This document shows positions 17,797 to 27,980 of a stretch of DNA of 64,000 nucleotides, piece by piece. The position numbers and the translations under genes are program-made. Within the stretch, counting starts at the first letter, position 1. Every line of letters starts with the position of its first letter. Source of the stretch: an uncultured delta proteobacterium. Its GTDB lineage: Bacteria; Myxococcota_A; Polyangia; Polyangiales; Polyangiaceae. The notes beneath the pieces were generated by a model. It had not been told where the DNA came from and ran no database searches. It saw only the letters and a program-made list of their open reading frames with translations. Where the stretch lies: NCBI GenBank assembly GCA_963696385.1, contig CAVOKF010000008.1, forward strand, positions 288,001 through 352,000. The letters run 5' to 3'.

Positions 17797-18659
17797 GCGC
17801 CGCAGCACCCGAGGCGCCGCCGCCTCCCGCTACTGCCGGGTCGCCCCCCACCGACGCAGGGCCTCCCCCCGCGGAACAGCCGGCCGCCGAGGCCCGAATG
17901 ACGATCTGGGAGCACCTCGACGAGCTCCGGCGCCGAATCGTCGTGTCGGCCATCGCCGTGGCCGTGACCACCATCGGCGCGTGGGCCTTCCGCGAACGAT
18001 TGCTCGCGTGGCTGGTCACGCCGTATCAGCGGACTTGGATCCAGCACTTCCACCGACCGCTCGTCCTCCAGACGCTGCGACCGGCAGACGCGTTCTTGGG
18101 TTACTTCGAGCTCTCGATCATGACGGGGATCGTCGCGGCCGCGCCGATCATCTTTTATCAGCTCTGGAGCTTCGTCTCGCCGGGCCTCTATCACAAGGAG
18201 CGGAGGCTCATCATTCCGTTCGTCGTGAGCTCGACGACGCTCTTTCTCTCCGGCGTGGCGTTTGCGTATTACGTCGCGTTCCCGTTCACGTTCAATTATT
18301 TCCTGTCGCTCCTCGGCACCGTCAAGGAAGGCGTCGAGCTCACGCAGATCGTGACCCTCGAGTTCTTCCTCGACTTCACGACCCGATTCCTTCTGGCTTT
18401 CGGTGCCGTGTTCGAGCTGCCGCTTTTCATCGCGTTTCTGGTGCTCGCAGGGATCGTCACTCCAAAGCAGCTGCTCGGATTCGGCCGGTGGGCGACCGTC
18501 CTTGCGTTCATCGTAGGAGCCATCGTCACACCGGGACCGGAGGTGACGAGTCAACTCGCCGTCAGCCTCGCTCTCATAGGGCTGTATTTCCTATCCATTC
18601 CGCTCGCGTACGTCCTCAAGCCACGCGAATCCGCGAGCGATCCGCCAAAGAGCGCCTGA
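17793..18659 (+). CDS. tatC: Twin-arginine translocase TatC
   Basis: HLDELRRR, QLWSFVSPGLY and FGAVFELP motifs; 6 TM. Confidence 0.96.
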   Translation: MSAAAPEAPPPPATAGSPPTDAGPPPAEQPAAEARMTIWEHLDELRRRIVVSAIAVAVTTIGAWAFRERLLAWLVTPYQRTWIQHFHRPLVLQTLRPADAFLGYFELSIMTGIVAAAPIIFYQLWSFVSPGLYHKERRLIIPFVVSSTTLFLSGVAFAYYVAFPFTFNYFLSLLGTVKEGVELTQIVTLEFFLDFTTRFLLAFGAVFELPLFIAFLVLAGIVTPKQLLGFGRWATVLAFIVGAIVTPGPEVTSQLAVSLALIGLYFLSIPLAYVLKPRESASDPPKSA

Positions 18660-18817
18660 GCGGGCCCAGGCCACGTTAGGGCCACACGCGACGAATGAGC
18701 GATAGGGCGTCAGCGCGTCCCTCACGAGTGCGTCCGCGGCTCCGCTTGCGGCGAGCCGCGGCGATCGCGCCGGCGGTGCTTCGTGTTCGAATCGGGCCAC
18801 GACGCTAGAACGCGCGA

Positions 18818-19402
18818 TCAGTCCGAGGGAGCGGCCGCAGGCACCGCCACCCGCTGAGCGTCGAGCCAGAGACCCTCGATATCGTAGAGTTGGCGCGTGT
18901 CGTCCTGGAAGACGTGGACCACGACGTCGCCGAAATCCATGAGGACCCACGTTCCGTGCGGCAGCCCCTCCACCGCGACCGGACGAACCCCCCTCTTTTT
19001 CAACGCCTCCTCGATCCCGTGCGCGAGCGCATGGGCATGCCGATCGCTGCGCCCGGTCATGATCACGAGGAAGTCGGCGTAGTCGACCCTCCCGGCGACA
19101 TCGAGGATCTCGAGACCGACGGCCTTCTTGTCGATCGCGGCCACCGCAATGGCCGCGGCCGTGTCGCGCGCCGACTCGCTCGCGACGCTCCAGGGCCCGC
19201 GCGGGTCGCGCGTCTCCTCGGCCGAACGAGCCTTTTTCACCGTTCGGGTGCGAACCGGAGACACCTTCACGGAGCGAGCGCGCGCCGGCGGGGGCACCGA
19301 TCGACGCGCGCCGCCATCGGCCTTCACCTTTTCGTGGGAGATTTTGATTCGCGGCCGAGAACCTTCGCCCGAACCGCCAGCACCGTACCTTCGCGTCGCC
19401 AA
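18818..19402 (-). CDS. rsfS: Ribosome silencing factor with basic N-terminal extension
   Basis: DKKA, WVLMDFGDVVVHVF and LYDIEGLW motifs. Confidence 0.92.
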   Translation of the reverse strand: MATRRYGAGGSGEGSRPRIKISHEKVKADGGARRSVPPPARARSVKVSPVRTRTVKKARSAEETRDPRGPWSVASESARDTAAAIAVAAIDKKAVGLEILDVAGRVDYADFLVIMTGRSDRHAHALAHGIEEALKKRGVRPVAVEGLPHGTWVLMDFGDVVVHVFQDDTRQLYDIEGLWLDAQRVAVPAAAPSD

Positions 19403-19482
19403 CCGTGTCCCTTTCTCTAGTCTTGCCCGCTATCGATGCCTCATCGTAACGCACCCCCGCTCGATGCCGGCATGACTTCGGT

Positions 19483-20730
19483 TCACTTTCGAACCTGCCC
19501 GTCCCCGTCGAGAACCCACTGAAATGTCGTGAGCCCCTGCAGGCCCATCGTGCCGCGCCAGTGGAGCTTGCTCGTCGCAGTGCCGATTTCGGCGCCCATG
19601 CCGAGCTCTCCGCCGTCGTGCAGGCGCGTGCTTGCGTTGACGATGACGCACGCCGAGTCGACCTCGCGGCGCCATCGGTCCGCGTGTGCGGCATTTCGTG
19701 TGCAAATCGCATCCGTGTGACCCGAACCGAAGCGCGCCACGTGACCGAGCGCGCCTTCGATGCCGTCGACCACGCGAACCGCCAGAATGCGATCGAGGTA
19801 CTCGCGCCCCCAATCCTCATCGGTCGCGGCCTTGGCTTGGGCCACGAGCGATCGCGTCCGATCGCAGCCCCGCAGTTCGCACCCCCCCGCGAGGAGGGCG
19901 GCCGCGATGGGGGGCAACAACCGGTCGACGTCGTGAACGTCGACGAGCAGGCACTCCAGCGTGTTGCATGTCGCCGGGCGGTGCAGCTTGCTATTGACCG
20001 CGAGACGCACCGCCATGTCGACGTCCGCGCCGGCGTCCACATAAAGATGGCAGACGCCTTTGGCGTGCGCGATGACCGGCACGCGCGCCGTTTCCTGAAC
20101 GAACCGAATGAGCGCTTCACCGCCGCGCGGGATCGCAAGATCGACGGTATCGACCTGTTCGAGCAGTTCGCGAATGGCGTCGTAATTGCCGGGCGGCACC
20201 ATTTGAACCGCGTCGTGCGGCAGGCCGGCCGCTTGAATGCCCTCACGCACGACCGAAAGGATGGCGGCGTTCGAACGCCCCGCGTCCGAACCTCCCCGCA
20301 AGACCACCGCGTTGCCCGCCTTCAGGCACAAAGCCGCGGCGTCGGTCGTCACGTTGGGGCGCGACTCGTAAATCACGGCAACGACACCGATGGGAACGCT
20401 CACGCGGCGCACGCGCAGACCATTCGGACGCGTCGCCTCGAACAGCACACGACCCACCGGATCGTCGAGATCCGCGATCTCGGCGACGGCATCCGCCATT
20501 TGCGCGACGCGCTTCGGATCGAGCCCCAGTCGATCGACCAGCGCGGCGCTCGAGCCCGCCGCGCGCGCCTCGTCCACGTCGCGCGCGTTGGCGTCGACGA
20601 TCTCGGCGGACCGGGTCCTAAGCCCCGCGGCAACGGCACGCAAGGCGGCGTCCTTGGCGGCCCGGTCGTACGGCGCGAGCTTTCGCGCGGCACCGCGCGC
20701 CCGACGACACATGGCTGAAATGTCGGACAT
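19483..20730 (-). CDS. proA: Gamma-glutamyl phosphate reductase
   Basis: [19 protein letters not shown] and [19 protein letters not shown] motifs. Confidence 0.96.
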   Translation of the reverse strand: MSDISAMCRRARGAARKLAPYDRAAKDAALRAVAAGLRTRSAEIVDANARDVDEARAAGSSAALVDRLGLDPKRVAQMADAVAEIADLDDPVGRVLFEATRPNGLRVRRVSVPIGVVAVIYESRPNVTTDAAALCLKAGNAVVLRGGSDAGRSNAAILSVVREGIQAAGLPHDAVQMVPPGNYDAIRELLEQVDTVDLAIPRGGEALIRFVQETARVPVIAHAKGVCHLYVDAGADVDMAVRLAVNSKLHRPATCNTLECLLVDVHDVDRLLPPIAAALLAGGCELRGCDRTRSLVAQAKAATDEDWGREYLDRILAVRVVDGIEGALGHVARFGSGHTDAICTRNAAHADRWRREVDSACVIVNASTRLHDGGELGMGAEIGTATSKLHWRGTMGLQGLTTFQWVLDGDGQVRK

Positions 20731-20871
20731 TGGAACGGAGGACAAATAGCACGCGAGAGGCCAAGCGTCCCGCACGGATGGGACCTCCCGAGCCCGGACA
20801 TGGATCGCCGGATTCGATCGTCCGCGTCTGACGCCGGCCGTCGCGCGACGTCTGGGTTATGCTCCGCGCCA

Positions 20872-22200
20872 ATGGCCGGATATCGCGCTGTTTTCCGTTG
20901 CTTCGCAGGGTGCGCCGGGGAACATCCGCTGACCCAGGCCCTCTACCGGTGCCCGACTTGCGACGGCTTGCTCGAGGTGGCCCACGACATGACCGCGCTG
21001 CGCGACCGGAGCGCCGCGTCGTGGATGAAACTCTTCGAGGATCGGTGGATGCGAACGGAATGGCCGTACGGGTCCGGCGTATGGGGCAAGCGCGAATGGG
21101 TAGCCCCCGGCGTACCCGACGAGTCCATCGTCTCCGCGGGAGAGGGGGGAACGAATGTCTTCTGGGCGGAGCGGCTCGGGCGAGAAATCGGTGTACCGGA
21201 CCTGTGGGTCAAGCTCTGCGGCAATTCGCACACGGGCAGCTTCAAGGATCTCGGGATGACTGTGCTCGTCAGCGTCGTCCGGCAGGCGATCGCGGAGGGA
21301 AAACTGACGACCCGAACGCTTTGTTGCGCCAGCACCGGCGACACGAGCGCTTCGCTGGCGGCCTACGGGGCCGCGGCAGGCTTGCCCGTCGCGGTTCTTC
21401 TGCCCCGCGGCCGCGTGTCGACGGCGCAACTCGTCCAGCCTCTCGCGCACGGAGCTCGCGTCTTTGCTCTCGACACGGACTTCGACGGCTGCATGGCGGT
21501 GGTCAAGGAGCTGGCGCGCCGCGGCCTCGTGTATCTCGCAAACTCGATGAACCCCCTGCGGATCGAGGGACAGAAGACCGTCTCGCTCGAAATCGTGCAG
21601 CAATTCGATTGGGAGTCGCCCGACTGGATCATCTTGCCGAGCGGCAATCTGGGCAATGCCGCCGCGCTCTACGCGGGATTCAAGATGATGCGCGAGCTCG
21701 GCCTGGTCGCTCGCATACCGCGCCTCTGCGTCGCGCAGGCGGAGCGCGCGAACCCGATGTACCGCGCCTTCAAGGCCGGCCGGAACGTGGTCGAGCCGAT
21801 GGCCGCCGGGCAAACGCTGGCGAGCGCCATCCAAATCGGAAATCCGGTGAGCGCGCCGAGGGCGATGGCGGCCCTGCACGCGATGAACGGAGTCGTCGAG
21901 CAGGCCACGGAAGAAGAGCTCGCGGACGCTTGCGCACGAGCCGACAGAACGGGTCTGTACACCTGCCCGCACACCGGCGTAGCCCTCGCCTGTCTCTTCA
22001 AGTTGCGCGAGCAAGGACTCATCGATCGCGATCAGCGCGTCGTCGTCGTATCCACGGCCAACGGGCTCAAGTTCACGGAATTCAAACTTGCCTACCACGA
22101 ACGGCGTATCGCCGGCGTGGACAGCCGACGCGCGAACGATCCCATTTACATGGATCCGGACATCGATCGGGTCGCCCGCGCGATCGCGGAAATGGATTGA
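20872..22200 (+). CDS. thrC: Threonine synthase (plant-like type)
   Basis: [27 protein letters not shown] and [10 protein letters not shown] motifs. Confidence 0.95.
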   Translation: MAGYRAVFRCFAGCAGEHPLTQALYRCPTCDGLLEVAHDMTALRDRSAASWMKLFEDRWMRTEWPYGSGVWGKREWVAPGVPDESIVSAGEGGTNVFWAERLGREIGVPDLWVKLCGNSHTGSFKDLGMTVLVSVVRQAIAEGKLTTRTLCCASTGDTSASLAAYGAAAGLPVAVLLPRGRVSTAQLVQPLAHGARVFALDTDFDGCMAVVKELARRGLVYLANSMNPLRIEGQKTVSLEIVQQFDWESPDWIILPSGNLGNAAALYAGFKMMRELGLVARIPRLCVAQAERANPMYRAFKAGRNVVEPMAAGQTLASAIQIGNPVSAPRAMAALHAMNGVVEQATEEELADACARADRTGLYTCPHTGVALACLFKLREQGLIDRDQRVVVVSTANGLKFTEFKLAYHERRIAGVDSRRANDPIYMDPDIDRVARAIAEMD

Positions 22201-22233
22201 GAGCGCGCGACTTCGACCGGGACCCCGGAGCCA

Positions 22234-22854
22234 TCAGTCGCTCGCGTCGTCGTCTCCGCCGTCGGCCGCAGCCTCCGAGGAGCTGGCGCCGTCGTCCGCC
22301 TCGGTAGCGCCGTCGACGGCAGCGTCCGCCGATGCGTCGACGACGGCAGCGTCCGCCGACGCGTCGACGGCAGCGTCCGCCGATGCGTCGGCGGCAGACG
22401 GTCCAGCGTCGCCGGACCCTGGCAGCGCATCCGTCTGGACGTCGGCGCCGCCCTCTGCCGCCGCGTCCGGGACAGTCGGCTGAGCGTCGCTCCCGGCGTC
22501 GGCGGCGTCCGCGACGGACAGGGCATCCGACGCATCCGGTGAGCTGGCGACGTCTTGGATGGCGTCCGGCCCGGCGTCGGCAACGGTCGCATCCGTGGGG
22601 ACAGACCCATCGGTCACGGCGACGTCGGCCGTCACGTCCTCGGCCGTCACGTCCTCGGCCGTCACGTCCTCGGACGGCGCGTCCTCGGACCCGCCGTCGC
22701 CGGCAGGGATCAAGCTGCGATCGAAGTTGACCAGCAGCTCACAGCCGATTGCCCCGCCACAGACTGCGCACAGCGCCGCCATCAGCAGCCACCCGCGCTT
22801 GCCGGAAGAATTCATGGACATTCCAGTTTTTCTCATCGCATCGCCGCCGATCAA
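22234..22854 (-). CDS. Lipoprotein with Asp/Ala low-complexity repeats
   Basis: Lipobox AIGC-ELLVNFDRS; EDVTA x3 and DASADAAV repeats. Confidence 0.75.
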   Translation of the reverse strand: MIGGDAMRKTGMSMNSSGKRGWLLMAALCAVCGGAIGCELLVNFDRSLIPAGDGGSEDAPSEDVTAEDVTAEDVTADVAVTDGSVPTDATVADAGPDAIQDVASSPDASDALSVADAADAGSDAQPTVPDAAAEGGADVQTDALPGSGDAGPSAADASADAAVDASADAAVVDASADAAVDGATEADDGASSSEAAADGGDDDASD

Positions 22855-23933
22855 AAGCTCACGACGAGACCGCCACCGCCCCAGTGGGCGCCGACGATGG
22901 GAACCGGACTCCAGCTGACCCCGTGCTCCGTCTTGCCGCGCAAGTGGGCCATCTTGGTCTTCGAACGGGCCGAACTGATCGCAGCGGGCGCTTCATCCTT
23001 GGTCGCGAAGAGCACGACGCTGGTCACGCCGAGCGTGATCGCGACCCCAAAGGACATATCCGCGATGAGCGCATGGGTGTCGCCGTTGTCTGCCGTCGTC
23101 GTCGTCGGATTCCGGTTGAAGCTGGCCTTGTCGTTCAAGGTCAGAATGCCGAAGACGGTCCCGACGCCCGCTGCGGCAACCGCCAGCGCGCCGGTGATGT
23201 AGGCGGGCACGAGACTCCGGGGCTCGGCAGGCGGGGGAGCCGCGACCGGAAGCGGCGCCGGAGCGGGCGCTACCGCCACGGGAGCGACGGGAACGCTGGG
23301 CGGCTCCGGAGCGAGGTCCACCGTCAGGGCCCCAGACGACGCAAATGCCACGGTCACGCCCCTTTCGGCGGGAAGGCGGCCCGCATGCTTGAACCCCACC
23401 TGGTGCGCCCCCGGCGCAAGCTCGACGTCGAGCGGGGTCGGCGTGGACTGCAGCGTGCCGTCGATCGTCACGTCGGCGGCCGGCGGGTCGGACTCGATGT
23501 GCAGTTTGCCGGGCATCGCCCGGATCTCGCCCACCCGTTTTCGAACTTCGTCGCCCTGAACCAGCATCTTGGCGGGGACGTGGCCTAGAAACTGGTCGTA
23601 CCAGTCGGCGGCCGCCGAATAGTGGCCCAGAGCGTCCTCGCAGAGCCCGAGGTACCGCTCGGCTTGGGGGGTGGACTTGATGTCGTTGGCTTCCTTGAAG
23701 TCGGAAAGCGCACCCGCGAAGTCCCCCGTCTTGTACTTTTTCTCGCCGGATGCGTAGTGCTTCTTGGCGGACGCGATGTCGACGCTCGACACCGGTGTGG
23801 CCGCGGCCCGCCTCCCCGAGCCGCCCTGGGCAAGGGCGACCGGAGCCTGCGACATGATGAAGGCGCCGCCGACCAAGCCGGCCACGACCCTGCGTCCGCA
23901 CGAGGACCACGCTGCGATCCACATTTTTTTCAA
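22851..23933 (-). CDS. Exported TPR + PEGA domain protein
   Basis: Signal peptide, TPR helices, PEGA (LHIESDPPAADVTIDG) and a C-terminal hydrophobic region ending in F. Confidence 0.85.
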   Translation of the reverse strand: MKKMWIAAWSSCGRRVVAGLVGGAFIMSQAPVALAQGGSGRRAAATPVSSVDIASAKKHYASGEKKYKTGDFAGALSDFKEANDIKSTPQAERYLGLCEDALGHYSAAADWYDQFLGHVPAKMLVQGDEVRKRVGEIRAMPGKLHIESDPPAADVTIDGTLQSTPTPLDVELAPGAHQVGFKHAGRLPAERGVTVAFASSGALTVDLAPEPPSVPVAPVAVAPAPAPLPVAAPPPAEPRSLVPAYITGALAVAAAGVGTVFGILTLNDKASFNRNPTTTTADNGDTHALIADMSFGVAITLGVTSVVLFATKDEAPAAISSARSKTKMAHLRGKTEHGVSWSPVPIVGAHWGGGGLVVSF

Positions 23934-23996
23934 GGCGCCGCCTCCTGTACCAAGCGAGCTTCCGGGCGGCAGGATACTTGGCCGAGCCCGTTCCGG

Positions 23997-24518
23997 CTAG
24001 AACCCTTCAGGCGAGACCATGGCGGTACGCGCTCCGCGAGACGCCGAAGGTCCCCCAGCCGGCGCATTCGGAACCGTCTGCGACGAGCCCGGAGACCCCT
24101 CCGCGCCGGCTGCAGAAGACTCGACGAGTTCAATCAGCACGCCTGCAGTGGCACTCGGGTGGACAAAGGCCACTTTGTGACCGCGCGCGCCCGTCCGAGG
24201 CGACTCGTCGATCAGAGGGACCCCGAGGCTCTTGAGAAGAGCGAGCGCTTCGCCGATGCCCTCAATCTCGATCGCCACGTGGTGCAGTCCGGGGCCTCGC
24301 CGCTCCAAAAAGCGAGCGAGCGACGCATTTCCCCGGGGCATCACGAGCTCGAGGCCGGTTGCGCCGATCGGCAGCAGGGCGATCTCCGCCTGTTGCGACT
24401 CGACGACCTCGCGCACGCCGGGGGCGATGCCCAAAAGAGTCCGGTATCGGCCGATCGCCTCGTCGATGTCGGCGACGCAGACCGCGACGTGATCGATCTT
24501 CTTGATCCGGAGTGCCAT
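23997..24518 (-). CDS. mce: Methylmalonyl-CoA epimerase (VOC fold)
   Basis: IDHVAV, GPGLHHVAIE and VAFVHPSATAGVLIELVE motifs. Confidence 0.9.
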   Translation of the reverse strand: MALRIKKIDHVAVCVADIDEAIGRYRTLLGIAPGVREVVESQQAEIALLPIGATGLELVMPRGNASLARFLERRGPGLHHVAIEIEGIGEALALLKSLGVPLIDESPRTGARGHKVAFVHPSATAGVLIELVESSAAGAEGSPGSSQTVPNAPAGGPSASRGARTAMVSPEGF

Positions 24519-24625
24519 GGGCGTGCTCTGCACAGCCATCGTGGAATCTTGCCTCCGCCCCTCCAGACATTCAACGCCGGCGCAGTCACGATCGCAACGC
24601 TCTCGGATATAGTTGCCGCCGGTCC

Positions 24626-25252
24626 ATGTCCTTGCGGCTCTGTTCGACGCCCGTTTGCCCGGCCCGCATCCACCGTGCCGTTCAGGCCGCCGTCCTGACC
24701 GCCGCGTGCGCGGGATGCGCCACGCTGTCGCCTCCGTTCGACAGGATGAAGGGATCGCAGATGACCGTCTACCGCTTGCAAAACTACGAAGCGCCCTCCG
24801 AGCCGCATGCCCCACCGACGGGCTTGCAGCTGCCCGTGCAGATCCAGCAATGGATTCAGGCCGGTGCATCCCTTCTGCCGCCGGGGCTCCTGCCGCCGGG
24901 CCTGATCCCGGGCACCCCCGCCGGCCCTCCGGTCGCCGATGCACCGCGGTTTCATGGATTCCGAGTTCTCGACTACCAGCCCATCACTGACGCCAGCCTC
25001 AAATCGGACATCGTCGACGCCTTCGGGTATAGGGGTGGATTCCAAAGCTCCACGTCGAATTGCATGTACGCGGAGTTTGGCTTCGCGATCGCGCAGCCCA
25101 CCGCCCCAACGCCTGCCGACATTCTCGTCTCGCTCTCCTGCGAGCAGGTCCAGGCGTTCAATTTCACGTGGCCCTACGCGGCTACCGGTCTCACCCCCGA
25201 CACCTCGAAAAGGATTGCCGCGATTGCCCAACGCACGTTTCAGGGGCGGTGA
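24626..25252 (+). CDS. Hypothetical lipoprotein
   Basis: Lipobox-like ACAGC, Pro-rich insert and paired Cys. Confidence 0.65.
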   Translation: MSLRLCSTPVCPARIHRAVQAAVLTAACAGCATLSPPFDRMKGSQMTVYRLQNYEAPSEPHAPPTGLQLPVQIQQWIQAGASLLPPGLLPPGLIPGTPAGPPVADAPRFHGFRVLDYQPITDASLKSDIVDAFGYRGGFQSSTSNCMYAEFGFAIAQPTAPTPADILVSLSCEQVQAFNFTWPYAATGLTPDTSKRIAAIAQRTFQGR

Positions 25253-25282
25253 CACGTCCCACGTGCCGTGCGCGGCGATGTC

Positions 25283-27898
25283 ATGAGCGAACGCCATCCC
25301 CGTCTACCGCAGTACGATCCGAATCCGATCTTCGCGCGGATCTACCCACGCCTCTTCGACAGCATCGCGGTCGATGAGGCGTGGCTCCGCGCCGTGCGCG
25401 AAGCGATGGCGCGCGGCACGGTGGTTTACGTCCTGCGCAATCTGTCGCTCGTCGATTTTCTAGCGCTCGACTACCTCACCAAGCGTCACGATCTACCGCG
25501 CATCCGCTTCGCGAACGATCTGGGCCTGCGCGTGCTCGAGCCGATGAGGCACGGCTTTCGCCATGCGCTTCGCCCCCGGGCTCCCGAGGCCGACGAGGCG
25601 GAGCTCGAAGCCGCCGTGGCGAGCGGCGCGAGCGCCGCCCTCTTTCTCAAGCGCCCCCCCCACGTTCTCGCGGGGCTTTCGCGCGGCCGAATCGAGGGTG
25701 ACCACCTGGTCCGGGCCCTCTTCAATCTTCAGCGGCGCGGCGAGCGCCGGGTTCTGTTGGTGCCCCAGGTGTTCGTCTGGTCACGTCGAGCAGGCACCCG
25801 AGGCGGCAATCTGGTCGACGCCCTGTTCGGCCCGAGCGAGTGGCCCGGTAGCTTGCGCTCGATGGCTCAGTTTCTCGCGAACTTTCGTCATGCCATCCTG
25901 CGCGCCGGCGAGCCGGTCGACCTGCAGGAGTTTCTCGCACGCGACGCCGACGGTGCGAGCGACGACGTGCTCGTGCGACGGCTCACGTACACGCTGTTGC
26001 GGCGGCTCGAGCGCGAGCGGCGCGCGATCCTCGGACCGGCGCGAAAGCCGGCCGACCGGCTGCGCGAAGAGGTGATCCGAAGCCCGAAGTTGCAAAAGGT
26101 CATCGCCGACATGGCGGGGGAAGGCGCCCGCGAGCGCGCCGTCATCACCGAGCGCGCGATGGCGATGCTTCGCGGCCTTCAAGCCGAACTCGACATGAAC
26201 GCCATCGCAGCGCTCGATCAGGTCGTCGCTCACGCCGCCGCCCGCATGTTCTCGGCGGTCGAGGTGGACCAACCAGGCATCGAACTGTTGCGCGAGCACG
26301 CGAAGGAGGGGACCCTCGTACTCCTTCCGTCGCACAAGTCCCATATGGACTCGATCGTGCTGGCGTGGGTGCTCTATCGGCACAAGTTGCCGATGCCGCT
26401 CGTGGCCGCCGGCGACAATCTCAACTTCTTTCCGATGGGCCCGCTGCTTCGTCGCGCCGGCGCCTTCTTCATCCGCCGGACATTCGCCGGCGACCGGCTC
26501 TACGCCGCCGTCGTCGACGCCTACGTGCGCCGGACGATGAAAGACGGTTCGCCTTTGGAATTCTTTCTGGAGGGCGGGCAATCGCGGACCGGCAAGCTGT
26601 TGCCGCCCAAGCTCGGGCTGCTCTCGCTCGCAGTCGACGCCGCGCTGAGCGTCCCGACGAGGACGACCTGGTTTTGCCCGCTGAGCATCGGCTACGAACG
26701 GTTCATGGAGGAAAAGGCGTTCGTCCGCGAACTCAGCGGCGGCGAGAAGCACAAGGAGAACGTGCGCGGGCTGGTCCGCTCGATGGATCTCATGGTGGGT
26801 CGCTACGGCCGCTTGAGCATTCAATTCGGCCGGCCGCTCCGGCTGGCGGACGTCCTCCGCGAGATCGACCCGAAATCGACACCGGAAGACCTTTCGACGA
26901 TGAGCCCCTCGCGCAGACGTGCGCTCATCACGCGGCTCGCATACCGGGTCATGAACGAGATCAACTCGGTGACGGCCGTCACGGCCGGCCCGCTCGTCGC
27001 GACCGCACTGCTCGCGCACGACCGGCGGGGGCTGCCCCAAGCCGACTTGCGTGCAACGTGCCAGCGCCTCGCGCGCACTTTGCACTCGAAAGGGGCCCGC
27101 TTCAGCCCCTCGCTCGCGACCGCCGGCAGCGGCGGCGAAGTGCGCACCGCAGCCCTGAGCGAGGCCACGGATCTGTTCGTTCGAGCCGGTCACGTCCAGG
27201 CGCACGGCAGCGGCGACGACGTCATTTACGTCGTCTCCCCCGAAGCGCGCATGTCGCTCGACCTGGCGAAAAACGTCATCGTCCACTTCTTTGCGCCGAG
27301 GGCCATCATCGCGACGGCGATCCTCGCGAGTCCCGGCCCCATCCTGCCGGTCGGCGCGGTACGCGAGCGCGTCCTCTCCCTGTCCCGTCTGTTCAAATAC
27401 GAATTCACGTTCCGCGCAGACGCGCCGTTCGAGCAGATCTTCGAGGAAGAGATCGCCGCCATGGAGGCCGACCGCGAGATCGTGCGCGTCGCACCCAAAC
27501 CGGGCGAAGGCGCGCTGGGGGTGGCTCCCAAAGGCGACGACGGCCTCGATCAGGTCGCGCTCTATGCGAGCATCCTTGCGAACTTCATCGAAGGATATCG
27601 CTTGGCCGCCCGCAGCTTGACCGCTCTGCTTCGCGGCCCGCTCCTCAGCAAGGAGGTCGTGCGCCGCGCCATCGCGATCGGGCAGCGGATGTTCCTGGCG
27701 GGCGATCTGTCGCGTCGCGAGGCCGTGAGCAGCCCGATCATCGAGAACGCCTACGCGAGCTTCATCGACCAGGGGTACGTCGCCCGGAGCGGCGGCAAGC
27801 TCACCTTGACCGAATCGTACGCGACCGCCGACGCGGTTGCGACCATCGAAGCGCGCATCGCGGCGATGAGGACGTCGACCAGCCCACAGACACCCTGA
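25283..27898 (+). CDS. plsB: Glycerol-3-phosphate acyltransferase (PlsB/GPAT family)
   Basis: HKSHMD (HX4D), AAGDNL, GAFFIRR and FFLEGGQSRTGK motifs. Confidence 0.88.
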   Translation: MSERHPRLPQYDPNPIFARIYPRLFDSIAVDEAWLRAVREAMARGTVVYVLRNLSLVDFLALDYLTKRHDLPRIRFANDLGLRVLEPMRHGFRHALRPRAPEADEAELEAAVASGASAALFLKRPPHVLAGLSRGRIEGDHLVRALFNLQRRGERRVLLVPQVFVWSRRAGTRGGNLVDALFGPSEWPGSLRSMAQFLANFRHAILRAGEPVDLQEFLARDADGASDDVLVRRLTYTLLRRLERERRAILGPARKPADRLREEVIRSPKLQKVIADMAGEGARERAVITERAMAMLRGLQAELDMNAIAALDQVVAHAAARMFSAVEVDQPGIELLREHAKEGTLVLLPSHKSHMDSIVLAWVLYRHKLPMPLVAAGDNLNFFPMGPLLRRAGAFFIRRTFAGDRLYAAVVDAYVRRTMKDGSPLEFFLEGGQSRTGKLLPPKLGLLSLAVDAALSVPTRTTWFCPLSIGYERFMEEKAFVRELSGGEKHKENVRGLVRSMDLMVGRYGRLSIQFGRPLRLADVLREIDPKSTPEDLSTMSPSRRRALITRLAYRVMNEINSVTAVTAGPLVATALLAHDRRGLPQADLRATCQRLARTLHSKGARFSPSLATAGSGGEVRTAALSEATDLFVRAGHVQAHGSGDDVIYVVSPEARMSLDLAKNVIVHFFAPRAIIATAILASPGPILPVGAVRERVLSLSRLFKYEFTFRADAPFEQIFEEEIAAMEADREIVRVAPKPGEGALGVAPKGDDGLDQVALYASILANFIEGYRLAARSLTALLRGPLLSKEVVRRAIAIGQRMFLAGDLSRREAVSSPIIENAYASFIDQGYVARSGGKLTLTESYATADAVATIEARIAAMRTSTSPQTP

Positions 27899-27980
27899 AC
27901 CAGGGTGCCGCTCGCGCTTTTTGAGCGGTTCCCGGTGGACGGCACGGGGTCATCGGCACGCCATCGATGGGCTCGCGTGT

